64,000 bases of DNA from Hyphochytrium catenoides (GCA_900088475.1 FLMG01001458.1:1-64000), one strand, 5' to 3'; positions 24,201-38,191 are shown, counted from the first letter of the stretch. A program made the numbers and translations. The notes: generated by a model from the sequence alone, not told the origin.

Positions 24201-24693
24201 TGAAAGCTGTCTGCAGAATTGTCGCTTTCCCTTGAAGCTCATAGTCCATGAAAAACCGCTGAAAGCCTGTTTCTTCCTGACTCCAGCTCGCCTCTAACAC
24301 GTTAAGCAAGGCTCTTGAAGGCTGTCCAGCAGGGTTGGGCTTGAGTCCATTAGCCTTGCGGTACGCTATGAGTTCTTCTCTAGTGTTCAGCAAATGCTGG
24401 GTAAACAGAGCTCGCTCACATGCTGCCCTCTGTTTGGCCTTCTTAGTGTCATCAGCGACTGCATGCAAGGGATCTAAGTATTGGCTAAGGTACGGCGTAG
24501 ACTGACAAGCTGCGACGCTGGTAGAGACCTGACGGTGAATGGCGCTGCTATTGATGATAGCGCTAAAATTCTGCTGGAAGAAGAGAGGATCGATACTCGG
24601 AGAGAAGCTCTCTTCGCTATCGGCGATGCTTCTCTCAGCTTGAGACGCCACAAATGGGCTCAGTAGTACGAGGATTGAGAGAAGAGGACGCAT
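21254..24693 (-). CDS. Probable ER-lumen protein: signal peptide, degenerate JmjC/cupin region, 2 FN3 domains, PA domain, C-terminal KEEL; 4 exons (24693-22527, 22330-22112, 21951-21860, 21571-21254)
   Basis: ATG 24693 MRPLLSILVLLSPFVASQA. FN3 motifs LDGLQPDSPYTF and PSSPLNLQV..LLWDPPVDDGG..NLLPSSSYEFRVLAVN. PA motif IVLVDRGQ|VPLVTKVKHVQAAGGLGVVIMD. All three introns are GT-AG and phase-consistent. Confidence 0.85.
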
Positions 24694-25383
24694 GATGCAC
24701 TGGTCCCAGCCCACTATCTAGACCCCTGCCCGGGCATGTAAGGGGATAGATTAGGTCCCTGATAACTCTGCCACGCCCTTGTGACCTGTAAGCGTCCTGC
24801 CGTCCTGATCCCTAGCCAGCTCTGCCACGACGTCTCCGGAGCTCTGAAGCTTTAGCCCTCGCCGTCGTGTCTCTCTTTCTTCACGGAGCTTTGACCTTTC
24901 GGTCAGTTGCAGGCGTCGACGGAAGAATCGCATTTCCAGGAACTTCAAGCTCCAGACAGAGCTGCCCAAATGACCGCAATAGGCCGTATTACTAATAGAA
25001 TATCTATACATTCTGCAAATATCCCATCCATAGAGATATTATATGGAATACTCTTCAGTCCAAATGTCCTCCAGGTGCAGGAAGAGATTTTGTTCCCATA
25101 TGTTCTGATGATCTTTACTGATGAAAGAGTGTTCATTGATAATTTGATGAGCATGAAGGGAGGAGAGACTGTCAAGCAGCCCAGTGAGGAAGAGAGAGAG
25201 ACCGTGGCGAGAGACACTGGGAAGACAGACTGATGGAGATGAAGCAATAATAAGGGTAAATACTCCGTTGGACATACAGCATTTGCCTGGTAGAGTTGGG
25301 GAAGACAGCCAGCAGGTCATCTGGGTCAGATTGTAGGGCAGATTTCTCCCTCGAGCCTTTGACTAACACTCTAGAGAACTAAA

Positions 25384-26619
25384 CTAGTCGTTCTTCGATG
25401 AAAGAGGTTCAGTGACAACCTTAAAAGCCTTCTCTCGGAGTTCATCGACATCTGTCCCTGATATCATTGGATGCACTATCAGCCTCGCTGCCTCCTTGCA
25501 TCCAGGCAGCCACAGATCGTCCGGAAGAATGATTGTGATGGGACAGATTTTTGTCTTGTTATCTACAGCCAGCTTGAAAGCGCCGTTCTTGAACTTGAGG
25601 ACCTCCTTTCTGCTTCTGGTGCCCTGCATAACCACAATGTGAGCAAAATCCTCACCCGCACCCGGTCCACAGAATGGAGGAGAGAGCGAGGTGGAAGGAG
25701 TGGAAGACGGTGGTCTACAAAGCCCGCAAACAAAAGAAATTTACAACGCTGGAGAAGGCGACACCAAACAGAACGAGCCCAGACCTGCGGAAAGATGGCG
25801 ATGCCGATATCGTTGTCCAGCCTGTCTTTGCAGAGTCGATAAAGCTCTTTCTTGCTGACTTCGTTGGTCCTTTTGATAGGTACATACTTTGCCAGCTTCA
25901 TGAGCCAGCCTACTCCAGGCGCGAGGAAGACTGTGTCCTTAGAAACCCATGCGAACTCTCTTTCAATAAAGTAGAATGCTGCAACATCCATCATGGACTG
26001 GAGGAGAGTACATGAGACAGGGTATGAGGCACGGAGCAATAGGTAATATTATTATCAGTAGGCGGAAGAAGACACATGGGTGGTCTTACCTGGTGATTCG
26101 CCACATAGATAATCCTATTTAGCAAGCGAACCGGCAAAAAAGCAGGATACAAAGCGCGAAGAGCAGGCAGTGGGACAACGCGATGTCAAGAAGGTACAGA
26201 TTGCCCTAATAAAGCCTCTCCCTTACCCTTCACTCTTCTTCGGTAAGTTCTCTGCCCCCTCAACGATGGGCCTCTTATGGAAAAGCAGGTAGTTGAACTT
26301 GGCATTGCCTGTGCAAGACTGGGCCGCCCTTTGCCGTGTGGTCTCCTCGTCGGAGAAGGGCATCAGGGCTGCTATCCAAAGAAAGTCCCAGAGGCCGTAA
26401 AGAATCCATGCAAGACCGTACGCAGCCACTCTCCAGCCGTTGATCTTAGCAAAATTCTTCCGTTCCTAATATGTATCGACCTTGTCAAAGGCAGCAAAGG
26501 ATAGGTTCGCAGACATCCGCTGTATTTACCTGCAGGTAGATGACCAGAGGAAAGCCAATGAAGGTCGCAAAGAAGAATATTGTCCCTAGAGCTACGAGGA
26601 TTAGCTTCATGGTGCTCAT
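25384..26619 (-). CDS. 1-acyl-sn-glycerol-3-phosphate acyltransferase (PlsC/LPAAT family), 5 exons
   Basis: Spliced motifs YVANHQ|SMMD (NHxxxxD), VPIKR, IFPQ|GTRS, FKNGAF, ICPITI; N-terminal hydrophobic segments. Confidence 0.9.
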
Positions 26620-27369
26620 CTTTCCTTCAGAGAGTTATGCAGTGAAAGTCAAGTGGTTGACAGTCCAGGTTTGAACAATCACTGATCAGGGAAGAGACCT
26701 CAGATTGGCTGTTTCCACTCTGGCACCTCAGGGATAAGAGGCCCAATAAGCTCGGATAAGCCTCAAAACTATGCGCCGATCCTCTCCCTTCGCCAGTAAC
26801 TTGTTTCGCTCAACCGAGCCCTCGGTATCGGCCGTAACGACGTACGGAGGTATCTGCGGGTAGGAGAAGAGAGAGAGAGAGAGGAAGAGTTGAAGGAAGG
26901 CGCTGTCGGGATGCAGTTGCGACAGTGCGGAGACCAGCCTTGTGCGATGTGAAGACGAGGCTGAGGATGATGATGGCCGGCTGGTCATCGCCGACGATAC
27001 TTTGGACGACTGGGGATAAGTTCTGAAGATCAGTATCACGGACAGAGGCTGCCATTATCCTAGATAAGCCCAATTATCAAGGTATGAATCCTAAATAACT
27101 CTGGCCTTTCTGGTTTTTACCGATGACCCTATCGTTTAGCTGATAACTAGCGGTTTAGTTATGAACATCGGTTCTTCAGAACTGATCTTTAGCTGATCCC
27201 TAACCTAAGCCGCCTGCGGGGGCTTATTAGGTCCTCTTGTTTGTTCTATCCTAATCGTTCTCCTCCTCTGGGGACTGGTAATATTCTTGCTGAAACTGAC
27301 CGGCGCTGATCGCCATGCGAAGCTCCCAATTTCCCGATAGTCTGTCTCTGTTATCATGAGGTCGGCTCT

Positions 27370-30289
27370 ATGGATCCAAGCTCCTCAGCAATGCCGATGA
27401 AAAGAGGTAAGAGACGTGGCATATCTGAGAGTGAAGGTCTGCAGACTCACGTCAGGTTGGTCTATGGAATCTGAAACAGTCGCCAAAGAGGCTTTGACGG
27501 GGAGTTAGGATGATACCATAGGTTTCTTGCTTGCTTCTTTGTCGACAACGGCAACCATTCGCCTAGTTGGGAGCCTGGTATCGTCGTTCAGGATGGGTTC
27601 TATCCAGCTCGCTGTGTTCCCCAATGGCTACACTTGTCCCGTCAGCGTTGACGCAACAGGACGGGAAGTTGCCACTGTTACCGAAGAAACAGATGCGCAG
27701 CGCATCATCTTCGCCGTGGTGGTTGCTGTCTATCTAGGGATCCCGCTAACTTTGTTCCTGGCCCTGGTCGTGCTGGGCTGCTTTAGAGACCGAGCCCTAT
27801 TGCGCTTTAAGAGCCAAGGTTTGTACTTTCTCCTGTCTTCAGTCTGCATGTTCATCAAGAAGCTGATCCCTTTTCAACAGCTGACGAAGCGTCGAAGGTG
27901 GACACTCCTGCAGACCTCTCCAGCGGGGCAGGACTTGCCATCTATCCTGTCTTTCTCTCCTTTAGCGGGGTGCGCTACGAAGTTATCTCGCGCGGGACCG
28001 GAGAGCCATTAGAGCTATTGAAGGGAATCTCAGCGTACTTTGCCCCTGGGACAATGTCCGCCATAATGGGGCCTTCTGGCTGTGGGAAGAGCACCTTATT
28101 GGATGTCCTTTCAAATAGAAAGACAACCGGGACAGTCTATGGGAGCATAATGGCCAACGGGAAGGTCGTGGACTGGAGCTTGTTTAAGCAGGCGATGGGC
28201 TACGTGCAGCAAAGCGATTGTCTCCTTCCTCGCCTGACGGTCCGGGAGACACTTACGTACATTGCAGACTTCACTCTGTCTGCCAGCTTAACCTTGGGTC
28301 AAAGGAAAGAGCGTGTGGACTTGATTATCTCACTCCTAGGCCTGCAGGACCAGGCAGACATGCGAATAGGAGAAAGTGGTGCCAGCGGTGCGCTTTCAGG
28401 CGGACAGAAGAGACGACTAACGATCGGCACAGAACTTATCGCGCTTCCCAGTGTTCTCTTCCTGGACGAGCCAACTAGCGGCCTTGATGCTTATGGATCC
28501 TTGCAGGTCTGACATCCTCCTCTCCTTACCTTTCACAGCCCTTCTGAAGTCATTTACTGTGCATTCCTAGCCCGTCACCGCTTCTCCACTTTGTACGCTG
28601 CGTTTGACGCCTACGGTTCTAAGTTTAGTCTGTGTCATCCATGTTCTGAGTCATCTGCCCTAGCCGTGAGCTCTGCAATGTGACTTACATCTCTCTAACC
28701 CCCTGCAGGTTGTTAAGGTGCTTAAGGATCTAACTGCCAAGGGCCATACGGTCGTGCTGACCATCCACCAGCCCAGGGCTGACATCTTCAGCCAGTTTGA
28801 CCAGCTGCTCTTACTGAAATCAGGGGAAACGATGTACTTTGGGCCCACCAAGAGTATCACCTCCTATTTTTCTGCCATTGGACTTAGAGCCGCATTAGGG
28901 CAAAATCCTGCAGAGTTCATAGTTGATCTCACTCATGACGCACCTGAGGACGGTGAGGACCTGATAGAGTTGGACGAGGAAGCAGCAACTGGTCATGATA
29001 TTGGTGCAGACGGTGCTAACTTTCAGGAAGGAGGGGTCGAGGTTCTTCCGGATGCCACTCATGGGCAGCGTGAACGAGCTGAAGGGGAGAGAGTTCCCAC
29101 CCGGGTGCACGTAGGTACGGCCGTGCTAGTCGAAAAGTATGCGACCAGCCAGGACTTTGCACAAACGGCCAAGACTTTGGATCTTATTGCGTATGGAAGC
29201 TATACGGAGGGATTTGGACCGCCACTAGAGCAGAAATTCTCCTCCGAAGATCGCTACTTCAGCTCTCCCTTCCGTCAGATCTTCATACTGACCCACAGAG
29301 CACTGCTAAATGATAGCCGCACACCTTCGGTCCTCTCGTCTTTCATTCTGGGCGGCGTGACCTTCCTTTTCTATGGCCTGCTTTATGTTAACGTTCCCAG
29401 CCCACAGCAGGGCACTCGGGAGGGATTGGCAGATTCAATCGTCACTTGGCAGTCTCGTGTGGGCATTATCTATCAGACGCTAGCGGCGATAATCTTTGCA
29501 GAGCAATCTATGGTCAGCCAAGTGTACTTTGAGAAGGCGCTGTTCTTTAGGGAGCATTTTAACGGAACGTACGGCAGCTTTCCCTTCCACGTGGCGTGGG
29601 GCACGAGGCTGATGTTTATGGCGATAGTCAAGGGCTTGCTGTATACACCGATCTTCTATTTCCTCTCCCAGTTTGTGAAGGAGGCGGAGCCATTCTTCCT
29701 CTATATGATTATCATGATCCTCTGCTCAGCCGTGGGAAGCTCCATTGCTCTCCTTTGTGCCTGCGCTAGCTCCTCATTCCGCCTTGCGTCCGCTATCTTC
29801 ACTCTTGCAGGAGGTCTTGCGAACTCTCTGTCTGGATACTTTCTTTCTCCCGCCCTCATTCCTCCCTGGTTCATCTGGTTGTACTATGTGAACTATTTCA
29901 AGTACGCCTTAGAAGGCGCGTACACCTCGCAGATCGGTGACGCCAAGCTCTACGATGAGGTCCCGGTGCTGGGCAACATTGTGCAAGTGAACGGATACTT
30001 CAACAAGTACACCAACATCCTCGTGCTTCTCTTCTTTCCGGCTCTCTTCCATCTCGCGGCCTTTGCCGCGACGTATCGTGTAACACATAGAAACGACGTC
30101 AAGTACGTGGCCTTGGAGCACAGTGAGGCCATGGCTAGGAGTAGGGTGAGCTCGGAAGCCTCAGTCAACGGAGCCGCTGCGGAGAAGCAAGAGGAGTACC
30201 GACATCTAGAAAGAGCATCCCGTCTTGGAGTGCCGTCAGACGTACAGCAGGTGGTTATGACTGGCGCTCGGTATATTAGCTCCAAGTAA
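27370..30289 (+). CDS. ABCG (White family) half-transporter; exons ~27370-27406 (tentative; alternative ATG 27593), 27567-27818, 27881-28506, 28709-30289
   Basis: Walker A GPSGCGKST, signature LSGGQ, Walker B LFLDEPTSGLD, H-loop TIHQP, NPAEF, C-terminal ABC2 membrane domain, one TM segment before the NBD. Confidence 0.93.
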
Positions 30290-30527
30290 ATCATGAGCTA
30301 TGCGCGTGCTGACATCCTGAAGGTTCTCTCTTCGCCAATAGGGCCAATCCACAGGCAATAGCACAGGCCATAGCTATAACCTTCTACTCTGGCCCCTCTT
30401 TGCAGTCCGCATACCTAGTCCTCTCTTCTTTATCTCACAGCTGGCCTAGCTCAGAGTTCGTCTAAATAGATAACTTAGTCTCTCCACCAAGATGTGTGCT
30501 CTCCTTCCCTCCCTCTCTCGCCTCTTT

Positions 30528-31570
30528 CTAGCGTCTACTGTTCGCTGAGTCTTGATGCATCACTTCCACAATTCGGGCGTGTAGCGCCTTGTGTCTTTCC
30601 TCCGCAAGATCCATACACCGTTCTAACTTCTTCTTGGTAAGAGCGCCACCACCGCTCTTCTCAACTGCACAGAGCTGCGGAGCACATAGAAAGACAGGCG
30701 ATCCGGAAGGTTAGCCCAACGATAATTCTCCGCACGAGAGACACGGAGTGGGGAGGCAGGAAAGAGAACCAAGACCCACAGATGGGACTACAGGCTCAAA
30801 ATATTGACTGGTTGTCGAAGGATATGTACCACTGAGCAACTACATGGAGACAGAGGAGCAAGAAGAAAGTCTGTTACTGGGAGAGAAGCACCTCACCATC
30901 CCTGGTCCTGTGACCGCGATGGTGACCGTTCCTTCACTAAGCCCTTCCTCCTCGTCTGAAGGATCCGCCACAAGCACACCATCCACAAGGACGAAACTTA
31001 GAGACAATGGCAATGCGCCTACGGTGAGCTTCCTCGTGGGGCCTGCGCAGTAACATAATACCGGTAAGGTCGAGAGAAAGCCCGGGGCCAGGTCAGGACA
31101 GGATAGAACTAGCAGGAGGCAAACTGATAAGAACTGTGGTAAGCACGAGAGAGGAAAAGGGACAGAAGTAGAGAACGGACGTTAAAGAGAGAGGGGTCGA
31201 GAAGGAACGAGCGGGAACTTGCGACCTTCAACTAGGACGACCTCTCTGGTAGGCTCCAGCACTTTATAGGCTGGGAGTTTAAGGTCTAGTATGGCTGATA
31301 CTGCTGCCGCGAGGGCAGCATCCGTCACATTCCCATCATAATCAAGACAGACGAGATCAAGACGGATCATCCACGCGCTACGGCCTTCTTCTATAGACAG
31401 TTCCTCCAACTGAATAGCCTTCGACCTATGGGGTTTAGCGAGCTAATAAGCAAATCTGATGGAGTTACGGCCGGAACAGGGACACAGAAAGGGAGCAAGG
31501 GGAGCAGCCCATCGAAGCTTGCAGGGGAGAGTAGGACGAGTGCGGCAGACAGGAGAGAGGGAGGGAGACA

Positions 31571-31619
<49 letters not shown>

Positions 31620-32296
31620 CGAGAGAGCCAGACGTGACATTACCGTAGGAGAATCTGGGTGATAAAGCTTCCTAACGCTACAGCTCGGTCGCTCTGACGA
31701 CCGATAGAGAACTTTGGGGAACAGAGGGGCGACAGAAGCACCTGGACGTCTAAGGGTAGCGAGACATGGATAAGATCAGAGCGAAGTTGCACGCAGAAAG
31801 CAGATAGACCCGTCCAATAGTTAAGCCTAGGGCTACAATGAGAGCAGGGAGGACTAGCTCCCTTGAGGAACTGGAGCAGCCAAGCTTTGCAGAGCGCAAA
31901 TTAAGTAACGAGATAAAGAACACAAAGGATGGCGCAGCAGGAAATGAAGCGGTCCCAGATGAAGGTGCTCGACAGTACCGAGCTCTCCATTTCTAGGCGT
32001 CTTCTCCGCTGGGTGTCCGATCTCCAGTTTGATTCCAGCGAGAACGGAAGTCCTTCCAATGCGGACCAGAGCAGAGCCTGGCGATGATGAGATGATGCCT
32101 GCGATGCATAGCAATGCCCGGATTCAGCCTCAGACTGACAAGCACGCTTTAAGACACAAGCCCTGTTACCTCTAGAGACTGTGGTGGGCCTGACCTGGTC
32201 CAGACCTCGACCGTCCGGCCGTACATCTTTCTCAATAAACTTTTGATAAAATTCTAGGGGATGGAGCTTGCGAAACGCTTCTACCTGTTGCTCCAT
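30528..32296 (-). CDS. RRP43: Exosome complex component RRP43 (EXOSC8), multi-exon
   Basis: FRKLHPLEFYQKFIEKDVRPDGR, GSALVRIGRTSVLAGIKLE, WMIRLDLVCLDYDGNVTDAAL, LSLSFVLVDGVLVADPS and LCAVEKSGG match an RNase PH-family exosome subunit. Confidence 0.9.
31576..31614. repeat. (GA)n microsatellite in an RRP43 intron (CT on the sense strand)
   Basis: Perfect GA run. Confidence 0.95.
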
Positions 32297-32771
32297 CGTC
32301 GCCCACACCCACAGAAAAGGTCTGTCAATGGATTGTTCTACCTCTGAGTCATAGTAGAGCGATGCCTTTCCCTTTGATGTCAGGCTGATGGAACAAGTGT
32401 GGACCCCACTGGCAGCCCGTAGACTCTCTGCCTTTATAACTACCTGCTTCAAATAGATAACGTAGACGAAGCGACGGCTTAATGGCAGCAATGCTAAGTG
32501 GCGGTCTGGTCGGCCATCATCAAGGTCTCATCGAGCTTCAGGCAAAATCTCAAGAATTGTGAGCGGCAAGGCGCGCTGACACGTTACTTTCGTCCCGAAA
32601 ATTGGATGGAGATCATGGACCTCCCATCATCCTGATAAAGAATACACTATTACTGTGTTCCGGATAGAAACTGTTTCGTTGCTGTTATGCTGGATAACTC
32701 GACCATGATTCGGCAAAGGTATGGAAACCGAGAGATCCGAAAACTGGCAAAAGCCAAGCTCTGGCAACTGG

Positions 32772-32797
32772 GAAGCTCTGAAGCTCTGAAGCTCTGA
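32772..32797. repeat. Tandem 8-mer (GAAGCTCT)x3 in the RRP43/AKAP17A divergent intergenic region
   Basis: gaagctct gaagctct gaagctct ga, followed by a degenerate copy. Confidence 0.8.
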
Positions 32798-33442
32798 AAT
32801 GAAGCTCCTGTCTGGGCCGTTGTTTCTTGCCTCCTAAGTGTACTATTCTAGCCAGCGACGTCATCGTATATACAGCCCCGTGCCGGCCCTTCAATGCCAT
32901 CCCATCTGGTTGGCGGCTCTCAAGAGCATTCGCAAACCATTGCAGAGAGCTGAGCACCAGACACAGGGACAAACCGTACTTTCCTAGGTAGAGAGTTGGC
33001 TACGACCTTGCAAGCTCGTTGGGCCATAGGTTATTCAGAAATGAACAAGCAGTTCCACTAATACTGCCTTTCGAGGTGCATACAAAGCAAAGGACGGTAT
33101 GCTTGACCTCCATTCTTGCGTATATAACAAGCATCCGCATTTAGCGAGCTCTTTTAGCTGAAACTGAAGGTAACGAAGCACCTCTCGTTTTGATTAAGCC
33201 CATGGCGGGAGCCGAGGAGACAGAACCAAGCGCCAGCAACGGTGCCGAGGAGACGAAGTTCGATGGCCTTCAGGCATTGGAAAGGTGTGTAGATAAATCG
33301 TTCATAGGTTATAGCCCACATAGCCTTGCTACGTTGCAACTGTCGTCCCAATCCTCCTCAGGCCCTTAGCATCTGCTTTCGTCCAATCTTTTCTTTCCCC
33401 TCTCTCCCATCCGCGCGGATAAGTTCTCACCACATCTTTCGC

Positions 33443-36400
33443 ATGAACAGCTCAGGCGTGTGGACGTGGGTGGAGCCTGACATTGCTCTGCGACGGTGCT
33501 ACTCTTGCAAAGTGGAGTTTGAGCCTAAGACACCTCTGCCCCGGGGCAAGAGTTACAGCGACTGGGACATGAAAAGTTTTATCAAGAGCTGCTGCACGGG
33601 GGTATGGGGCCTGGAACATATCTCAGGCTAAACTCATCCTCTAACTCGTCCCGCCCACTCTAAGCTCAGGCTTTACTCCCCTCTCACTTCTGATTCTCTT
33701 TCTCCTTGTCGGTGGCTCATACGCAGCTCCTTTGCCTGCCTCTCCTTATGCTTTATGGGTGTTCTTACCCCTTCTGTCCTGCTCCTCGCTTCCCTCTTCG
33801 CTTCGTATGCTATCATCTCCTACGCGGCCACGTGGTTGGCCACTCCGCATACACTAGGAACAGCCGTTAGAAGTGGTGACGGAAGATGACAGCGTCTCCA
33901 CCCAGCAGAAGTGGACGGCAACAGTATGGTTTGTCTCCGCGGCTGCACGTGACGGCTTTGTACAGGCCGCCAGTCAGCGGAGCGTGACGATAAAGAACCA
34001 TCCCACTAAAGTCCAAGCCAGTTCTAGGCCCGCTCAACCCGTGAAGGAGGAGTGGGAGCGAAGCTTCAACATGAACGGTACCGCCCGGTTAAACTTGTCA
34101 CCATCCATGCATAAGCCTGTACTTCCTCGTCCCAGGTGTTGGCGATTCTTCGTAGCGGGGCGCTATTTCAGCGCCTAGTGCATTTTTGTTCTCTTCACAG
34201 TCATTGGTGCGATGGTCCCTCCCGTGTCTGATATTTGCTCTCTCCTTCTGAGCAGCGAGCAGCTCCTTCGAGACACTACCACCTGGCAAGCGGCCAGACA
34301 CGATTGTCATGCACCGAGTCCCTTACAAGTGGTTTGACATCGATGAAGTGCCTCGTGCAGGCTTCCTAAACCTCATGTCCGCCCCGCCTAAGCTGAAGAA
34401 TGGGCTGAGCGCCTTTGGCAAAGTGAAGTGAGTGTCTATGGGCATTGGATTCGGCTCTTGTCTCTCGTTACTTTTTCAGAGATGTTTCTGTCCGTAGGGC
34501 CTCAGGGACTAGTTCTATTTGATCTGCCTCCCTTTGTTTGTCATAGAGCTCGCCTGCTTCTGTGCATCGCACTGCGATTAGCGGGCTGTGGATTGCTTGG
34601 TTCCTTTCTGGGCTCCTTCTTTCTTAACCAATCTGGGCACCTCTGACCGCGCGTTGGTTGTCTCTAAGAGCAATGGAAATACTTCCTCATCGACCTGTCG
34701 GGCAGTCCCGAAGTATGGACGGTCTGGACCTAGAGAGCAACCTCTACTTCGATGCCTTTGTGCAGTACGCTGACTATCAAGCCTTTCAGACTGCTCTGCT
34801 CTGCCTCTCTGGCTCGGTGCTCAGTAAGGTAGGAGCAATCACAATCCCTTTACCCTGACTGCACGCTTGACGATGGAAGTTACTCGTTCAGATGGATACA
34901 GAGGCTTTTGCTATCTTTCAGTGCACCTTTGACTCCAGCGAATACTTCTCCGATGATGCTGCAAGACAGAGAAGGTAGGAGATAACAAGGGCTAATGTCT
35001 CGAACTACGCTGAACGGTGTGGCATTAAAGACAAAGAGAGGGGATTGATACAAGGTTGACACAGAGATAGGCCGTTGAGAGAAAGAGTGATTCGACTTAA
35101 CCTGGATGTTCGTCGGATAGGTTTGAACGGCAGCAAAGAGCCCACAAGGAGAAGGAGAAGGCTGAGCAGGAGAAACAAGAGGCCCAAGCAAAGCACAAAG
35201 AAAAAGCCCTAATGAGAGACAACATAATAGCCCTCACTGCCAACAACCGAAAGCTACAGGAAAGAGCGGAGCGTGAACTTCTCCCTCAAGATGCTGAAGA
35301 TCTTCTTTCAGACCTCAAGAATGCTCAGGAATTGCTGGCTGAAGCGCTAAAAAGTGTAAGACGGAATTCAAGCGACCTTGCACAACAGTGCTCTGACATT
35401 TCTATATCACTGGTCAATTGCCGCTTCCCATATTCTACCTAGCTTGACGGAGCGGACTCGGAGGAGATAAGGGCGGCGCTGAAGGCAGCGGAGAAGAGAC
35501 ATGAGAAAACGGAAAAGGCTATAAGCAGGAGAAAGACAGAGCGGGAGGAAGAAGAATTGCGAAAAAGAGTAGAGAGGTGTGCTACTGGTCTCTTCCAGGT
35601 GAAGTCATTATCCTCTCTAAAGGCGTCGTTATCCTCAGAGCCGAAAAGGCGGTCAAGGTTGCTAGGGAGGACGCAAGAAGAAAGCACCAATTGCTCTTGC
35701 AGGAGCTGATGAAGTATCAGGATGAGAGCATCAAGGTACTGACAACGCGATAGGTAGTGGAGAGGCTGGGACAATTGTAGAAAGACACCGTAACACGCAG
35801 TCACGCACGTGGACGTAGTGGTAATCCAGGGCAGTTATAAAAGACGGGGAAGGGGGGGGGTATACCCGAGAGGCGAGCATTGAGCTTTGCCGCTAATGTC
35901 TAACGCCCCCTATATTATGACAGGAGCATGAAGCCGTGGCAGCGGAGGTAGGAGCAGCCGAACATGCCATCCAGAGCCTGAAGACTCTAATAGACCACAA
36001 GTTCTCCCCGAACCCGGTGGAAGACATCGAAGAGGTTTGCATCACTGCCTCCACTCTGCCTAACCACTGCTTGGATGCTTCTCGTTTCCTCTTGTTCCGC
36101 CTCCATGTATGCTATCCTCTAGCATCCTTACCGTAGGGGTTACTACGGTGGCTAGCATTACTCGCTGTCACACTTTGATGGTCTCTCAATCACAGCCCAA
36201 CACCTTATGTTTCGCCTGCTCTCACGCTGACAGAGAGGAGAAAGATACCAAAGATCGCTTGTCGAGGAGACAGAGGAGGCATCTGTAATGTTGTCAGGGG
36301 CCATGGAGCGGATGAAGATCATAGAGGAATATTTAGACTTAGAAAAGCGCTTTAGAGAGATCACGGAAGGCACTGTCAAAGAGGAGACCCTCTCGGGGAA

Positions 36401-38191
36401 ACCTATAACCTTTTACTGGCAGCATCAGTTTGACGGCTGTCAGGCAGCACGGCAAGCCACGCATGAGCAGTGGACGGAGCGAACCGAAGCTCTGTCTGAG
36501 GCCGTCGAAGCCTTTAGCAGCCAGCTGCGGTCGCTGGAGGATAAGTATCGGCTATTAAGAGGTCTGATTTCTACAAATAGCGTTATCAAGAGAGTGCGGG
36601 AGGAGCTGGAGGAGCTCGAAGTAGATGGGGAGGAAGAGGATAAAGCTCTCTCCGTAGAGCTTGAGGCTCTAGAGGACCGCATGCAGTCAGTACTAGAGGT
36701 AGATGTTGACTTGAAGATCACTGTGGCAGAAAGTTCACCCGGGCTGACCCATTGTTTCGACTCTTGTCAGACTCTAGAGGGATCAGTAGAGACTGCTGAA
36801 GTTGAAAAGATCCAGGAAGAGCTCGTCGACCTCGAAGGCACGGTCGTGCGAAAGAGAGCACGGCTGGAGGAAAGAAGACAAGATGAAGAAAGAAAGCGAG
36901 GTTGGAACTGTTTAATTTTTGATGGGCCCCAGACGCGCTTGAGTCTAACATTTCTACTTTTTAGAGGCTGAGGAAGCCCTGAAACGCCAACAGGCTGAAG
37001 AGGAGAGAATCAAGCTAGAGGAGGAAGAGAGAAGAAAGCAGGAAGAGAGAGCGAGACACTTGTACGAGGAAAGTGTGCGCCGAGTGGAGGCTAATCGCAG
37101 CAGGTAAGACCTCATTATCTTACTTTGAGCGGTAGGAACTCATCACTTCCTCCTCTAAACGCCAGATATGAAGTTTTCATAGAACATTACATTGGTGAGC
37201 GGCCGGCCTTGACCCGGCGAAGGAAATTGCGCTGGCGCCCACCTAGTGAAACCTTGATGGAGGATCGATGGGATGGAGAGACATCGCGACCGCCACCTCT
37301 CTTTCAGTACGTTGGACCCTCAGCCTTTCACGTTGCTAGTAAGGTTGTGGCGCCTCCTCTTAGCGAAGGTAAGTCTTATTATACCTGCCATAGCTCGTGC
37401 GTCAAGGGCCTCTTTGCCTCACAGTCATGGTTGGTCTTTTTGTGAGTTTTCATGTTGACGGCTGATGTCATCTTTGGCTGTCGGTAATCAAGATTTCCTT
37501 ATATGCTCATCTACAGTGGAACTAAAGCGGCTAGAGGAGACCAGGCTCCGGGAGCTAGCGCTGTCGACCCTGCCAGACCTCCGTAAGGTTATCATGAGCA
37601 GACGGAACAGCAAAGAGGGCGAGGAGGAACAAATGGGACTCAGGGGCAAGGAGACTTCACGGCGAAAGCCATTATCAAAGACAGGTATCTTTACCACCAA
37701 CCACTTTCTATTGGAACTCTGTGCTTAGCCATCCTGCCTTTTATAAGGGAATGAGGAAGAACAAGCCGTCGATTTGCGGGTGGAACTGGAGCGGCGTAGG
37801 AGACAGAAGCTAGAGGAAGGTGAGTCCTGAAGACTAGAGTTCCCCCTTCACCTACTAAGTGAGGTTCGCAGCGAGACGTTCTGTCACTCCGCATGCACCC
37901 CGCCGGATGGTACTTATAGAGGAAGAAAGGGCTGCTCCCGAGCCTTCGCAGCCAGCGAAGAGGAGAAAGGCACGATCGGAGACACCCATGGCAATCCAGC
38001 GAAAAAGAGAGGTGCCAGTGACTCAGGAGACAGCTGAAGCTTCTACGCAGGAGGAAACCGAGGAGGAGCGATTACGGCGAATGGCGATCGAGAGCATGAT
38101 GAGATCGAAGCTCAAGAAAGATCAGCAGCAACGTCAACGACAAAAGCAGCAGTCTCTAGCGCAGACATCTGCAGATGATTCATCATCATAA
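33443..38191 (+). CDS. AKAP17A/XE7-like protein with long coiled-coil C-terminus, multi-exon
   Basis: Spliced segments GKSYSDWDMK, PGKRPDTIVMHRVPYKWF, LSAFGKV, LYFDAFVQYADYQAF and TFDSSEYFSDDAARQR follow the motif order of the AKAP17A N-terminal region. Glu/Arg/Lys-rich exons follow; 3' exon connectivity is less certain. Confidence 0.72.

Noticed and set aside
24907-25369. Overlapping 65-108 aa ORFs between the FN3-PA and LPAAT genes
   Set aside because: No recognisable motif or consistent splice structure.
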